64,000 bases of DNA. It comes from an uncultured Pseudomonadales bacterium. Lineage in GTDB: Bacteria; Patescibacteriota; Microgenomatia; UBA1400; PJMF01. Below are positions 1 through 10,019 of the stretch, one piece after another. Under the pieces are notes generated by a model. It made no database searches and was not told the DNA's origin. It saw only the letters and a list, made by a program, of their open reading frames with translations. Made by a program: the position numbers and the translations under genes. Location: contig CAYTIA010000003.1 in assembly GCA_964437755.1 (NCBI GenBank), positions 7,641-71,640 on the forward strand. Direction: 5' to 3'. Numbering within the stretch: the stretch's first letter is position 1; every line of letters begins with the position of its first letter.

Positions 1-2168
1 GCCAACTTTTTTTCATTTTCCTTATTTAAGCCTTCCTCAAAACTTTTTATTGTTTTCCATACATAATAAGAATTTTCAAGAATCGTTAATCTTGCTAGCT
101 CGTTTGTTTTCTGATAACTACTAATTCTATTATTATCAAAATATTCATAATTATTATTGATCTCACTAAAAAACCAGTTAAAGAGTTCATACGAAGATAT
201 GCCTGAAACATCTTTTATAACATATATTAGAAGTTGAGCTTCTTCATGACTCAATTGCTCTACACCATCTCTTGCTAAATATTTCATTAAGTATTCGGAC
301 CAAAGCATTCTGTTATTTCCCCATTGGTTTTTATCAATTTTTATTAACTTTAAAATTATGCTATTATTAAAATTTTCATAATCTTTTTGAGAAACAAAAA
401 TAGGCAATAATTTACTAAATGCCCAATCATCAAGTTTGCTCGCCATGAAATAAAAGTTTCCTGCCTTTTCATACTCGTGTTTATTAAAGTAATAATCAGC
501 CAACTGAATATAATTATTTGCCAAAACCTCTCGCTGTGTATCAAAAAGAGAGTGATAATTTTCTTTACCTTTCCAATTTTTTTCCAGTAGATCGATCATT
601 AATTGTTCTGCTCTCGTGCTAGCTAGCTCCAACTTATTGTCCTCAATTAACTCCCCTAGCATGTTTGTGGTCATCCAAAGCCATGGCTCACTATTTAATC
701 TTAAGACCAATAATTGATTGTCCTTATTTAAGCTTCCTTTCTTAGTTGCTTGCAGAAGAAAGCTTGAGTCAGCTTGATAAATTGAGAATAATTTTTCTGA
801 AGGCACTTCTTCAAAATATATGTATTTATGCCACAGGATATATGGAAATAGATTAAATGCCTTATCTGGGTATCCAGATAAAATAAAAACTTCTAGAATT
901 ATGTACAAACATGCCATGAGAATAAGAAGTGCTGAACACAATTTGTAAAAAAATTGAAATATAAATAGGTACAGATCGCTTAAGATTTTTTGTGTGCTCG
1001 ATTTATTTTGATAAATCAAGCCAAAACCAAGTATTGTTACATAAAATATTAATGAGTAATTCCAATCATAATCAAACAATGCGTTAACTGATAAAGAGAT
1101 CAAGCTAATTAATAGCGCATAAGAAATACTGTGCTTATTTATATTATTTTTTATGGAAGAAATTACTAAAGAAACAGCCAATCCCAGAAATGAAATTCCG
1201 CCTAAAAAACCAATCTCTGCAAAAAACTCTAGATATGAATTATGCGCATGAGCCGTATTTGTTAAAGGACTAACCAATGATTCTCGAATAGACAAGGGAT
1301 ATGTTCCAATGCCAGAGCCAAAATAGGGATTCTTAATAAATACTGTCCATGCTTGAATCCAATATGAAACTCTGTCTAATAAATAAAAGTCTTTGCTAAT
1401 TTTATTTCTAAAAGAAAAATATCTTTCGAAAAACAAAGATAATTCTGGAAATCTTTGTGATAACAGAAAAGTTGAAAATGAAATAATTGAAATCGAAAAT
1501 AGGGAAATGAAAATTATTATTTCCTTTTTGCTCAGCTCCTTTTTAAAAACAGTATAGAAAAGTAATAGCTGGATAAAACCTAAGAAAATTCCAAATCTTC
1601 CAAAACAAAGAAATAATAATAAATAGTTAGCTACAGAAAAAATATGAATTCTTTTATTTTTATTGATAGAAAGCCAAAGTAATAAGGGATTGATTAATAA
1701 AATCCAAGAGGCAAAATGGCTATGACCATGGCCTAAATAAAGAAGATTTGATTCAAGAAAGAAATTTGGTATAAAAATACCCGATATATAGATAATATAA
1801 AGAAGGGAAATAATTGCATGAAAACACAACGAAATGCAAATATATTCTTTTAAAAAAGCTCTCTTATTTTTTAAAGAACTAGCCCAATAAAAACTAATGA
1901 AGGAAAATAGATACATAGAGATTTTATCCAAAGACAAGGGTAAATTAATTGAAAAAGAAAGTGATAATACAGAAGTAATGATAAAAACAATCCAGAGTAT
2001 TAAAATGGTTTTATCTTTAAATTTCTCTTTAAGATTAACCATTCCTCTAAAATAATAGTATCCACCCAATCCAAAGGCATACACAACCCATTTTAAATAT
2101 GTGTTGCCAAAAAATAATAAGAAAAGTAATAAAACAATTAAAAAAAGATCAAATAATAAGTGCTTCAT
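1..2168 (-). CDS. O-antigen ligase/Wzy_C-family membrane protein with long soluble C-terminal extension (3' end runs off window)
   Basis: Missing from the ORF track, apparently because it has no stop in the window. Hand translation from ATG 2168 gives MKHLLFDLFLIVLLLF..., many TM helices and GSGIGTYP...AHAHNSYLEFFAEIGFLGG. Frame spot-checked as open down to position 1. Confidence 0.8.
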   Translation of the reverse strand, partial: MKHLLFDLFLIVLLLFLLFFGNTYLKWVVYAFGLGGYYYFRGMVNLKEKFKDKTILILWIVFIITSVLSLSFSINLPLSLDKISMYLFSFISFYWASSLKNKRAFLKEYICISLCFHAIISLLYIIYISGIFIPNFFLESNLLYLGHGHSHFASWILLINPLLLWLSINKNKRIHIFSVANYLLLFLCFGRFGIFLGFIQLLLFYTVFKKELSKKEIIIFISLFSISIISFSTFLLSQRFPELSLFFERYFSFRNKISKDFYLLDRVSYWIQAWTVFIKNPYFGSGIGTYPLSIRESLVSPLTNTAHAHNSYLEFFAEIGFLGGISFLGLAVSLVISSIKNNINKHSISYALLISLISLSVNALFDYDWNYSLIFYVTILGFGLIYQNKSSTQKILSDLYLFIFQFFYKLCSALLILMACLYIILEVFILSGYPDKAFNLFPYILWHKYIYFEEVPSEKLFSIYQADSSFLLQATKKGSLNKDNQLLVLRLNSEPWLWMTTNMLGELIEDNKLELASTRAEQLMIDLLEKNWKGKENYHSLFDTQREVLANNYIQLADYYFNKHEYEKAGNFYFMASKLDDWAFSKLLPIFVSQKDYENFNNSIILKLIKIDKNQWGNNRMLWSEYLMKYLARDGVEQLSHEEAQLLIYVIKDVSGISSYELFNWFFSEINNNYEYFDNNRISSYQKTNELARLTILENSYYVWKTIKSFEEGLNKENEKKL

Positions 2169-2177
2169 AAACTTTAA

Positions 2178-3317
2178 CTAAAAAAAATACTTAAGATAGG
2201 CTTTTGCGGAATCATCCCAGCTTCTATAACCAATACTATCATTCTTACTGGTTGTTTTGCTCCTTGCAGATTTATCGATAGCTACCAAAGCATCTCTTAG
2301 CCAATATTTTTTGTTAATATTTGCTTTAAAAATTAAGTCATGATTTTCAAATTCTTCATCTAGCCAATTTTGACTAACTATACATCTTTTACCAAGACTA
2401 ATAGCTTCATAAAGAACAACAGGGTTACCCTCTAAAAAAGAGGGTAATACCATTGCATAACAATTTTCAATTAAATTTTGTTTTCTTCTACCAAAAACGT
2501 ATCCCAATCTTATAATATCCGAGTTTTTTTTTGATAATTTTACTATTTTTTCTTCATAATCACCCATATTCAAAGATCCTCCTGCTAACACCAGTTTAAA
2601 ACTTATTTTTTCTCCTGAATTTCTTAATAAAATAAATTCTTTTATCAAACCCTCAATATTCTTTTCTGGAACAAATCTTCCTAGAAATAATAGATATTTA
2701 TCTTGAATCACTGTTTCTGATATAAAATTTCTTTTTAAGTTATCAGTTGCTCGCAACGGAAAACTATCATATCCTGGCTTGATTATTTCAATCTTTTTAT
2801 TTAAATAGTTTTCTATCAAATAACTCTCTATTTTTGAAGACACTACAACTAATTGATAATATTTTCTTCTTAAAATTTCTAAGCTAATTTTTTTAAAAAT
2901 ATAATTTTGAAATGAATCCCACTTTTTTCTTTCCCAATCCAAAGAATGAACTGTAATTAGAATTTTTTTTCCTCTTAAGTGAGGAATCCATGACCAAATA
3001 GCCATGCCTAAACCCTGGTACCACACCGTGGTAGAATCATCAAAAAAACAGTACATAGATGATAAAAACCCATATATAACAGATTCAAATATTTTTGAAA
3101 TAAAAGTGAACACGATTTTTAACTCGACATTATTTTGAATTTTTAAATTACTTGGGTTAGATTTACTTTGATAACAACTTTTTACATATACTTTGAAATT
3201 ATATTGTTTTAATGAGCTACTAATAATTATTTTTTGAACATAAGCTTCTACTCCACTAGTCCCAACAAAATCTGATGGGAAAGCCCTCAAGCCAATAATA
3301 CTAATTATCTTGCTCAT
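2178..3317 (-). CDS. GT4 glycosyltransferase
   Basis: IIGLRAFP..SGVE N-terminus, FLGRFVPEKN, PSFLEGNPVVLYEA (EX7E). Confidence 0.9.
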   Translation of the reverse strand: MSKIISIIGLRAFPSDFVGTSGVEAYVQKIIISSSLKQYNFKVYVKSCYQSKSNPSNLKIQNNVELKIVFTFISKIFESVIYGFLSSMYCFFDDSTTVWYQGLGMAIWSWIPHLRGKKILITVHSLDWERKKWDSFQNYIFKKISLEILRRKYYQLVVVSSKIESYLIENYLNKKIEIIKPGYDSFPLRATDNLKRNFISETVIQDKYLLFLGRFVPEKNIEGLIKEFILLRNSGEKISFKLVLAGGSLNMGDYEEKIVKLSKKNSDIIRLGYVFGRRKQNLIENCYAMVLPSFLEGNPVVLYEAISLGKRCIVSQNWLDEEFENHDLIFKANINKKYWLRDALVAIDKSARSKTTSKNDSIGYRSWDDSAKAYLKYFF

Positions 3318-4443
3318 TGCTGTTGATTTTTTTTAACAATAACAACTCTATCTTTTTCTTAAACTCTTCTTTAGAAAATTGTTGTGACTGCTTAATAATT
3401 TTATCTTTCTTCCACTTAATTGATTCAAAAACTTGTAGCCGAGAATACAAAGATTTTTCATCATAATTGTCAAAAAATAATCCAGTCACTCCATCTATAA
3501 CTGACTCTCTCACTCCTCCTTGATTAAACGCTAATACCGGAACTCCAAAGCTCATTGCTTCTACCGGAACTAACCCAAAATCTTCTTGCTGAGAACAATA
3601 AATTAAACCTCTTGCATTTTTATAAATTCTTTCCACTTGATCATCTTCAAGCCATCCATTGAAGTGGACTGTTTCCCCGGCAATTTTTTTAAGATCATTC
3701 TCTAAGTATCCTTTTCCAATAACTTCCAGTTTTATATTATATTTTGAACACACTTTTATAACCAATTCTGGGCCTTTCTGTTTTACCAATCTTGAGTGAA
3801 ACACATAATACCCCTCCCCATTATTTAGATTTTTTGTTTTTTTCGCTGCATAAATATTTGCTGGAGGATATATCACTACCGAGTCTCTATGATAAATATT
3901 GCACACCAATCCCTGAATAAACTTAGAGTCAGAAACTAAAACCGATGGTTTTTGAGCTGAGTATTGATCAATTTTCCTTAAAAATAGTTTAAAAGGAAAA
4001 AATAAAATGTTAATCGGAAATCGATTAACGCACCCCACCTCATTTTTTAAACCGTAAAGATATCTTGGAACGGTATATAAATATGCCATATGAAGTTGGT
4101 GGGGATGACTAGACACGATTTTAGAGTTATATGAATGACTTGAAGAAATAATTAGGTCATAATGTTTCAAATCTAAAAATAGAAAAAACAACCATGAAAA
4201 AAGTTTTGCAATTGAGAACAAAGAATTTAGTTTTGACACGCTCTGGATTTTTGTAAAAATTGAACTTTTTTTTATATATGGAATAAATCTTGATAACTCA
4301 CTTTTTTTAATATCAACAAAAAAGGTATATAAATCAGCCTGAGGGAATAATTCTAAAAATACTTCCAGAGTTCTTTCTGCTCCACCATAATCAAGTAATA
4401 TATCGTGAATAATAGCAACTTTATAATTTTTTATATTTACCAT
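3301..4443 (-). CDS. GT4 glycosyltransferase (WbaZ-like)
   Basis: KVAIIHD..GGAER, DLIISSS, EDFGLVPVEAMSFGVPV. Confidence 0.9.
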   Translation of the reverse strand: MVNIKNYKVAIIHDILLDYGGAERTLEVFLELFPQADLYTFFVDIKKSELSRFIPYIKKSSIFTKIQSVSKLNSLFSIAKLFSWLFFLFLDLKHYDLIISSSHSYNSKIVSSHPHQLHMAYLYTVPRYLYGLKNEVGCVNRFPINILFFPFKLFLRKIDQYSAQKPSVLVSDSKFIQGLVCNIYHRDSVVIYPPANIYAAKKTKNLNNGEGYYVFHSRLVKQKGPELVIKVCSKYNIKLEVIGKGYLENDLKKIAGETVHFNGWLEDDQVERIYKNARGLIYCSQQEDFGLVPVEAMSFGVPVLAFNQGGVRESVIDGVTGLFFDNYDEKSLYSRLQVFESIKWKKDKIIKQSQQFSKEEFKKKIELLLLKKINSNEQDN

Positions 4444-5426
4444 ATATACAAACCATGATAAGTACGAAAAGCGTGCCGATTAAGCACATCCTCAAAGGAA
4501 GGGGTTAGATCATATCGACTCAAAGTGTTATTTCGATACTTGAGTATAGTTTTTATATTTTTAATCGTTAATAAAATGACTGAAAAATAAAGTTTTGGAC
4601 CATAATTTATAGTGCTAAAAAAGATTGTCCAAAGTTGAACTAAAATAATTTTTCCAATATTTTTTAAAATAGTCCCTATTGGCCAAGTTAAAAGTATTGT
4701 CCAAATAACATTTTTATATGTATTAAACATTGAGAAGTAGCTTTTTTTTCCACTAGTTGTTGATCCAAAGTGGAAAGCTTTCATGTTTTTTTCTTTTTTT
4801 ATAGAAACGCCAACCATTAGTGCCCTAATACAAAGCTCAACATCTTCTAAATAATAATCATATAAAGGATTAAAAATGTAACCATAAGTTTGAATAATTC
4901 TTTTCAGGGAGCCAATTGTGGCAACCAAGCAAGAAGCAGAGGCTAAAGTTGTTTTGTCTTCTAAATTTGTAGAGTTTTTAGCATAGCCTGAAGAAAAGTA
5001 TTGAACTCCAAACGAATCAGTTGCCGAACCATTTGAATTCAAGATATGTGGAGAAATAAATATTTGCTCATCAAGATTATAACTTGATAAAAAAGAGAAA
5101 AAATTATCTGCTACACTAGCATCATCATTTATAAAAAGAACAGCTCCAATTTTTCTATATTCATTACTCGATAAAACTATATTCAAAACACTATTATTCA
5201 AAACTGAAAATTTATTCATTTCTGAACTCAACCTCATTAGTTTAATCTTGTTTTTATTTAAATAAATTTCAATCTCATTTGGAACATTATTATTTGAGGT
5301 TACAACAATAATTTGATGTGAAAGACTAGATCTTTTTATAGAATGGTTTAAACTTTCAATACACATCGACAGTTTTTCAAAAATATCTTCTGTGCACGAA
5401 CTTGGTACAATACATACTATATCCAT
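4437..5426 (-). CDS. GT2 glycosyltransferase
   Basis: FINDDA (DxD-like), YYLEDVELCIRA, FHFGS. Confidence 0.8.
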   Translation of the reverse strand: MDIVCIVPSSCTEDIFEKLSMCIESLNHSIKRSSLSHQIIVVTSNNNVPNEIEIYLNKNKIKLMRLSSEMNKFSVLNNSVLNIVLSSNEYRKIGAVLFINDDASVADNFFSFLSSYNLDEQIFISPHILNSNGSATDSFGVQYFSSGYAKNSTNLEDKTTLASASCLVATIGSLKRIIQTYGYIFNPLYDYYLEDVELCIRALMVGVSIKKEKNMKAFHFGSTTSGKKSYFSMFNTYKNVIWTILLTWPIGTILKNIGKIILVQLWTIFFSTINYGPKLYFSVILLTIKNIKTILKYRNNTLSRYDLTPSFEDVLNRHAFRTYHGLYIW

Positions 5427-6578
5427 ATGACTACCATTATAATTGCGGAGGAAACAAACTGTGGCGGAGAATCAATTGCTACTCAGTATTTTGTCAAGGA
5501 ACTAAAAAAAAAGTTTTTCATCTCTACATTTCCGTTAGAGGGTATCTTAAAAACTAATTTCTTTGATTTTTTCCTCTGGCATATTCAAACATTTTTTTAT
5601 TCACTCAAAAAAACTATTAGTTTATCTAGGAGGAATCCTGATAAAATAATTTTATACTCCACAAGCTATTTGCCTGGATTAAGTGCAATTATTCTCAATA
5701 AATTTAAAATTTTGAATCTAAAAACCTGCTTCCATTATCATGGCAATAGAATCCCTGATTACCCCCAAACAAACTTTGGACTTATTAAGAGAGGTAGTCA
5801 GTTATTTAAATACAAGTTTGTTAAAACCCTACACCAATATTTAGTTAATAACTCAGATTTATTAATTTTTACTAGCGAATCATCAAAAAAAACCTTTTTT
5901 AATAATTTCAGCAAATCTTTATTAAATAACAGCATTATTGTCCCTAATGGAGTTAATGTTAATAAATTTACACCTTGTACAGATCATAAAAAGAAAATAT
6001 TAAAAAAAGAATTCGAAATTAATTCTAAACAAGTAGTTTCTTTAGTCGGCTCATTAAATAGTAGAAAAAATCTTCTGATTTTCCTTAACTCCCTCAAGTT
6101 TCTTAAAAATCAAGACACCACATACATAATAGCTTTTCCAAAACCAAAAAATGAGTTTGAAAATGTATATTTACAAAAGGTAAATAAATATTTATCAGAA
6201 AACTTAATCAAAAAAACACAAATACGATTATTTCAAGATTATCCACAAATTGAACACATCTACCAAGTAAGCAATTGCAGCGTCATCATCTCTTCAAGAG
6301 AAGAATTCCCTCTCTGTTTATTGGAGTCATTGGCATGTGGAACTCCTGTTATTACCTCTACTCAAGGTTTAGCTAGAAATCTAGTTCAAAAAGAGATATC
6401 AAAAAAACTCATAGTTCATCACCTCAGCTCAGTTAATCTCGCTAAAAAAATAAATACCTTTTTTATGATGAAATCCCCAGAACTCAATAGCATTATCGAT
6501 AAATCCATCAAAGTATCTAACAAATTTACTTGGGAGAAATCTGCCAAACTACTGATAAAAGAGCTTAGCTTAATTTAA
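5427..6578 (+). CDS. GT4 glycosyltransferase
   Basis: GGE N-terminus, IVPNGVN, VGSLNSRKN, EEFPLCLLESLACGTPV. Confidence 0.88.
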   Translation: MTTIIIAEETNCGGESIATQYFVKELKKKFFISTFPLEGILKTNFFDFFLWHIQTFFYSLKKTISLSRRNPDKIILYSTSYLPGLSAIILNKFKILNLKTCFHYHGNRIPDYPQTNFGLIKRGSQLFKYKFVKTLHQYLVNNSDLLIFTSESSKKTFFNNFSKSLLNNSIIVPNGVNVNKFTPCTDHKKKILKKEFEINSKQVVSLVGSLNSRKNLLIFLNSLKFLKNQDTTYIIAFPKPKNEFENVYLQKVNKYLSENLIKKTQIRLFQDYPQIEHIYQVSNCSVIISSREEFPLCLLESLACGTPVITSTQGLARNLVQKEISKKLIVHHLSSVNLAKKINTFFMMKSPELNSIIDKSIKVSNKFTWEKSAKLLIKELSLI

Positions 6579-7379
6579 TTCAAAATCCGTAACCATCGGA
6601 AAAACGCTAACCTTTTTAAAATTTAGCGGCAAACTTGTTCCAATGGTTAATGGCTCTTTATCAAAAATAAAAAGGGTATTATTAACCTCTTTAGCACTAA
6701 TCACTAAAGTTAAAAACAAGTCTTTATATACTGGACTATATCTAAGAAGAGGGTCTCCTTGATTATTTGTTGTTACTATTTCAGCAGGCAAAACTTCTTT
6801 TTTAACTATTCGCACTAACTCATTCCCTTTTGAATCTAGTATTACGTCATCAATATTAATCGCTTGTGCCAAAGAAGGCTCAACATGTCTTCCTATGGCA
6901 GCTACTTTTACTTTTTTGATAATTACTTGGTTATCATTTTCATAATTTGGATATTGTACTATATGTCCATCAAAAGTAATGTTGTCAAAGTTAAATCTCA
7001 TCGGAGCTCCATAGGCCAACTTTTTTCCCCTGGCAATAAATGTTTCAGTTCTTTTATTGTGAGTTGCCTTAAGTCTTAGATCTAGATAAACTATACTTTC
7101 TTTTGGATTAACTTTAATAGATTCAACTGCAATAATTTCAGCAATAACTTTTCCAATAGAGTCTCTTTCTACCTCTCCAACCCTAAATTGATTGGCATAC
7201 CATAAATCTGGATTACTTTTTGCGTAAAGTACCTCTTGATCAGTTACTCTCACTCTTACAATTACATCCATTTCCTCTCTTTTAAAAAAGAAGTATAGAA
7301 ATATTATAGAAAAAAGGAAAATAAAACCTAAAAAAATATCAATTTTATTAATTTTTTTTAAGTTAAGGGTTTTTTTCAT
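6570..7379 (-). CDS. Membrane-anchored protein, DUF4330-like (two similar beta-rich halves)
   Basis: KINKIDIF plus TM helix at the N-terminus, then two related halves. ATG 7379 preferred over the track start 7400. Confidence 0.5.
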   Translation of the reverse strand: MKKTLNLKKINKIDIFLGFIFLFSIIFLYFFFKREEMDVIVRVRVTDQEVLYAKSNPDLWYANQFRVGEVERDSIGKVIAEIIAVESIKVNPKESIVYLDLRLKATHNKRTETFIARGKKLAYGAPMRFNFDNITFDGHIVQYPNYENDNQVIIKKVKVAAIGRHVEPSLAQAINIDDVILDSKGNELVRIVKKEVLPAEIVTTNNQGDPLLRYSPVYKDLFLTLVISAKEVNNTLFIFDKEPLTIGTSLPLNFKKVSVFPMVTDFELN

Positions 7380-8871
7380 ATTTTTTTCTTTCTTCAACAT
7401 AAATTATACCAGCTCCAAGCACTAATCCTAAAAATGGTGCCTCAATCACACCCACATGAGGTAAAAATAAATAATATCCTCCAAAAAGAAATAATCCTGA
7501 TACAAATCTATACAAAAATATTTTTTGATAATGGGTTAAATTTTTTCTTGAAATAAGAAACATTTTTCTTAAAATGTATACAAATGGAAAAAGCAGAAAC
7601 AATAGTCCAAACCAACCAACTTCTAAAACTAACTGTAAATATGCCAAATGAACTGCTGCCGGAAACACTGCCATCAGCCCCAGAGGTTTAAAACTATGCA
7701 AAGTATATTCATTTGTTCCAACACCATATCCAAAAAATGGATTTTGAATAAAAGCTTCCCAACCTTCCTTAATCATTTTAACTCTAATTGGAACGCCAGC
7801 TCCATCATAAAAAGTATTTAGAGATAATAATACTCTCGGGATAATAACAAACGATAAGAAGAAAACAATAACATATAAGATAATCCTTTGTCTGTATCCA
7901 ACATAATTTTTCCAAATTTTTTTACACTGTACTGGAAAAAATAAAACAAAAACCACTAACCCTAATAGAAGCATCAACCAAACAGACCTAGATTGAGTTA
8001 ATACTACAGTTATTAATCCTAAGATAATTAATAAATAATCATCTTTTTGATTTGATTTTAATAAATATGGCAAATAACTCATAACCATAAAAGCGACAAT
8101 CAATGCCAGCTGATTATGAAAACCCATCGTTCCCTGAACTCGAAAGTAGGCATTATTTTCATCTAACCCGGTATAGAAAGCTCCTTGATTCCACTGTTCA
8201 AACGGAAAACCAACCATAGATTTTTTAAAAAACTGCCAAACACTAATAACAAACTGTATTACTATTGAGGCTCGAATTATTTGTTTGAAATATCTATCTG
8301 AAAATTTTTGTTGATAAAAAATGACTAGACCCAATGCAGCAACAAATAACTGACAGTATTGTAAAAGCCACACAACTGATAACTCAATAAATGGTGAGTT
8401 ACTATTAGAAATGAAAAAAGTGGTGAAAAAAAATAAAATTGAGGGCATAATTACATAACTAAATCTTCTAAAAAAAATAATAAAGTTCGCTAAGATCTTT
8501 TCTTTAAAAATTACTAAAAAAAACAGTAACCAATAAATATTGGCTATATGGACTCCATAGCCAAGCCAATAACCAGTGTTATACTCTGGCAGTAGTAATT
8601 CATAGCCTCTAATAACTTCTATCGAGGAGTATCTGTTTGGAATTAAAAACTGAGAAAGAAAAAAGGATATTGAAAAAAGAGTGGTTAACAAATTTTTGGT
8701 ACAATAATAAACCGCAACGAACAGCGCAAAAGATGCTACAAGAAAAAATTTAAAAGATCCTATTTTAAAAAGAGCTATAAATATGGTAAACAGAAATATG
8801 ATCAGAGCAAGGCCATTATTTTTCCAATTTTTTTTAAAATGATAAAAAATCATAGGATAATTTTTCTCCAA
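7363..8871 (-). CDS. O-antigen ligase/polymerase (Wzy_C) family protein
   Basis: Many TM helices; RVQGTMGFHNQLA, LTQSRSVW, NPFFGYGVG, AVHLAYLQLVLEVG. Alternative ATG at 8853. Confidence 0.85.
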   Translation of the reverse strand: MEKNYPMIFYHFKKNWKNNGLALIIFLFTIFIALFKIGSFKFFLVASFALFVAVYYCTKNLLTTLFSISFFLSQFLIPNRYSSIEVIRGYELLLPEYNTGYWLGYGVHIANIYWLLFFLVIFKEKILANFIIFFRRFSYVIMPSILFFFTTFFISNSNSPFIELSVVWLLQYCQLFVAALGLVIFYQQKFSDRYFKQIIRASIVIQFVISVWQFFKKSMVGFPFEQWNQGAFYTGLDENNAYFRVQGTMGFHNQLALIVAFMVMSYLPYLLKSNQKDDYLLIILGLITVVLTQSRSVWLMLLLGLVVFVLFFPVQCKKIWKNYVGYRQRIILYVIVFFLSFVIIPRVLLSLNTFYDGAGVPIRVKMIKEGWEAFIQNPFFGYGVGTNEYTLHSFKPLGLMAVFPAAVHLAYLQLVLEVGWFGLLFLLFPFVYILRKMFLISRKNLTHYQKIFLYRFVSGLFLFGGYYLFLPHVGVIEAPFLGLVLGAGIIYVEERKKYEKNP

Positions 8872-9993
8872 ACTTTACCGTGGAACTGGACAGCTGATTT
8901 TCAAAAACAAACTGCTAGCATTTTAAGTAAAAATAATCTCATTATTGTATATTCTGTCAATAATCAACAGTCAGCAATAAGATTCATTATATCCTTATTT
9001 AAAAAAATATATCTCTTAAATCACTCTCAAAATAATATTATCTTTCATAATCAAGTTATTTTTTTTCCGAATAAAAGATTTACTTTATTAAAAAAACTTA
9101 ACTCTTGGATAAACTATCTATACTTGTTTACGGTATATAAACCCAGTTTTTTGTGGACTTCTGATCCAAGGACTTATATACCCTATAAACTTATCAATCT
9201 ATTTAGACAGAATAAACTACTATATGACTGTAGCGATTATCACTGGCATCCAAACCCTAGAGAAGATCAATTAATCAAGACTAATGAAAAAAAATTAATT
9301 GAAGAATCAAATTTTTTTATTGTTAACTCATACTCATTACATGAACTTCATAAAAAAATAAAAACTCCAGATGCAGTAGTACCCCAAGGATTTGCTGTAG
9401 ATAATTTTTCTAAAGAAAAATTATCTACCCTTGTTAGTCAAATAAATAAAACTCCTACTCTCGGTTTTATTGGAGGCATCAATTATCGCTTGGATATATC
9501 TCTTATTAGCAATTTAATTAATAATAATCCTAACTGGAACTTTGTTTTTGTTGGTCCAAAACAACTCAATCAAATACCTGGAGATCAGAAAGTTTTTCAA
9601 CAACTAGACAAATTATTTGAAAGAAGCAATGTCAAGTATATTGATAGTATCCCAAGAGAAGAAATTGGCAATTATATCCAATCATTTGACATAGGATTTA
9701 TTCCTTACGACATATCTTATAGATTCAACCTATATTGCTATCCAATGAAGTTATTTGAGTATTTTTACTTTGGGAAACCAGTTATTAGTTCTCCAATTAA
9801 GGAGTTAATGCTTCCAAAATTTAAAGACCTTGTCTATATAGCAAATGATGTTTTAGAGTGGGAAAAACATATTAAAATATTAATATCTGCTCAATGGGGA
9901 CAGGACAAAAAATCTAAACAAAAAAAGATGGCTGTTGACAATAGTTGGGAAAGAAAAGTGAAGGCTATCTGTGATATAGTTAGCCCCAATTAA
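8839..9993 (+). CDS. GT-B glycosyltransferase, TuaH-like
   Basis: YDCSDYH, FDIGFIPY, PMKLFEYFYFGKPVISS. Confidence 0.82.
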   Translation: MIKNHRIIFLQTLPWNWTADFQKQTASILSKNNLIIVYSVNNQQSAIRFIISLFKKIYLLNHSQNNIIFHNQVIFFPNKRFTLLKKLNSWINYLYLFTVYKPSFLWTSDPRTYIPYKLINLFRQNKLLYDCSDYHWHPNPREDQLIKTNEKKLIEESNFFIVNSYSLHELHKKIKTPDAVVPQGFAVDNFSKEKLSTLVSQINKTPTLGFIGGINYRLDISLISNLINNNPNWNFVFVGPKQLNQIPGDQKVFQQLDKLFERSNVKYIDSIPREEIGNYIQSFDIGFIPYDISYRFNLYCYPMKLFEYFYFGKPVISSPIKELMLPKFKDLVYIANDVLEWEKHIKILISAQWGQDKKSKQKKMAVDNSWERKVKAICDIVSPN

Positions 9994-10019
9994 AAACAGG
10001 TAGAAACGATAAAAATTGC

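Noticed and set aside
356-544. 62-aa ORF from the track
   Set aside because: It lies out of frame inside the long Wzy_C gene (1-2168).
5400-6600. Invertible (phase-variable) GT4 cassette
   Set aside because: No flanking inverted repeats were seen and there is no recombinase in the window.
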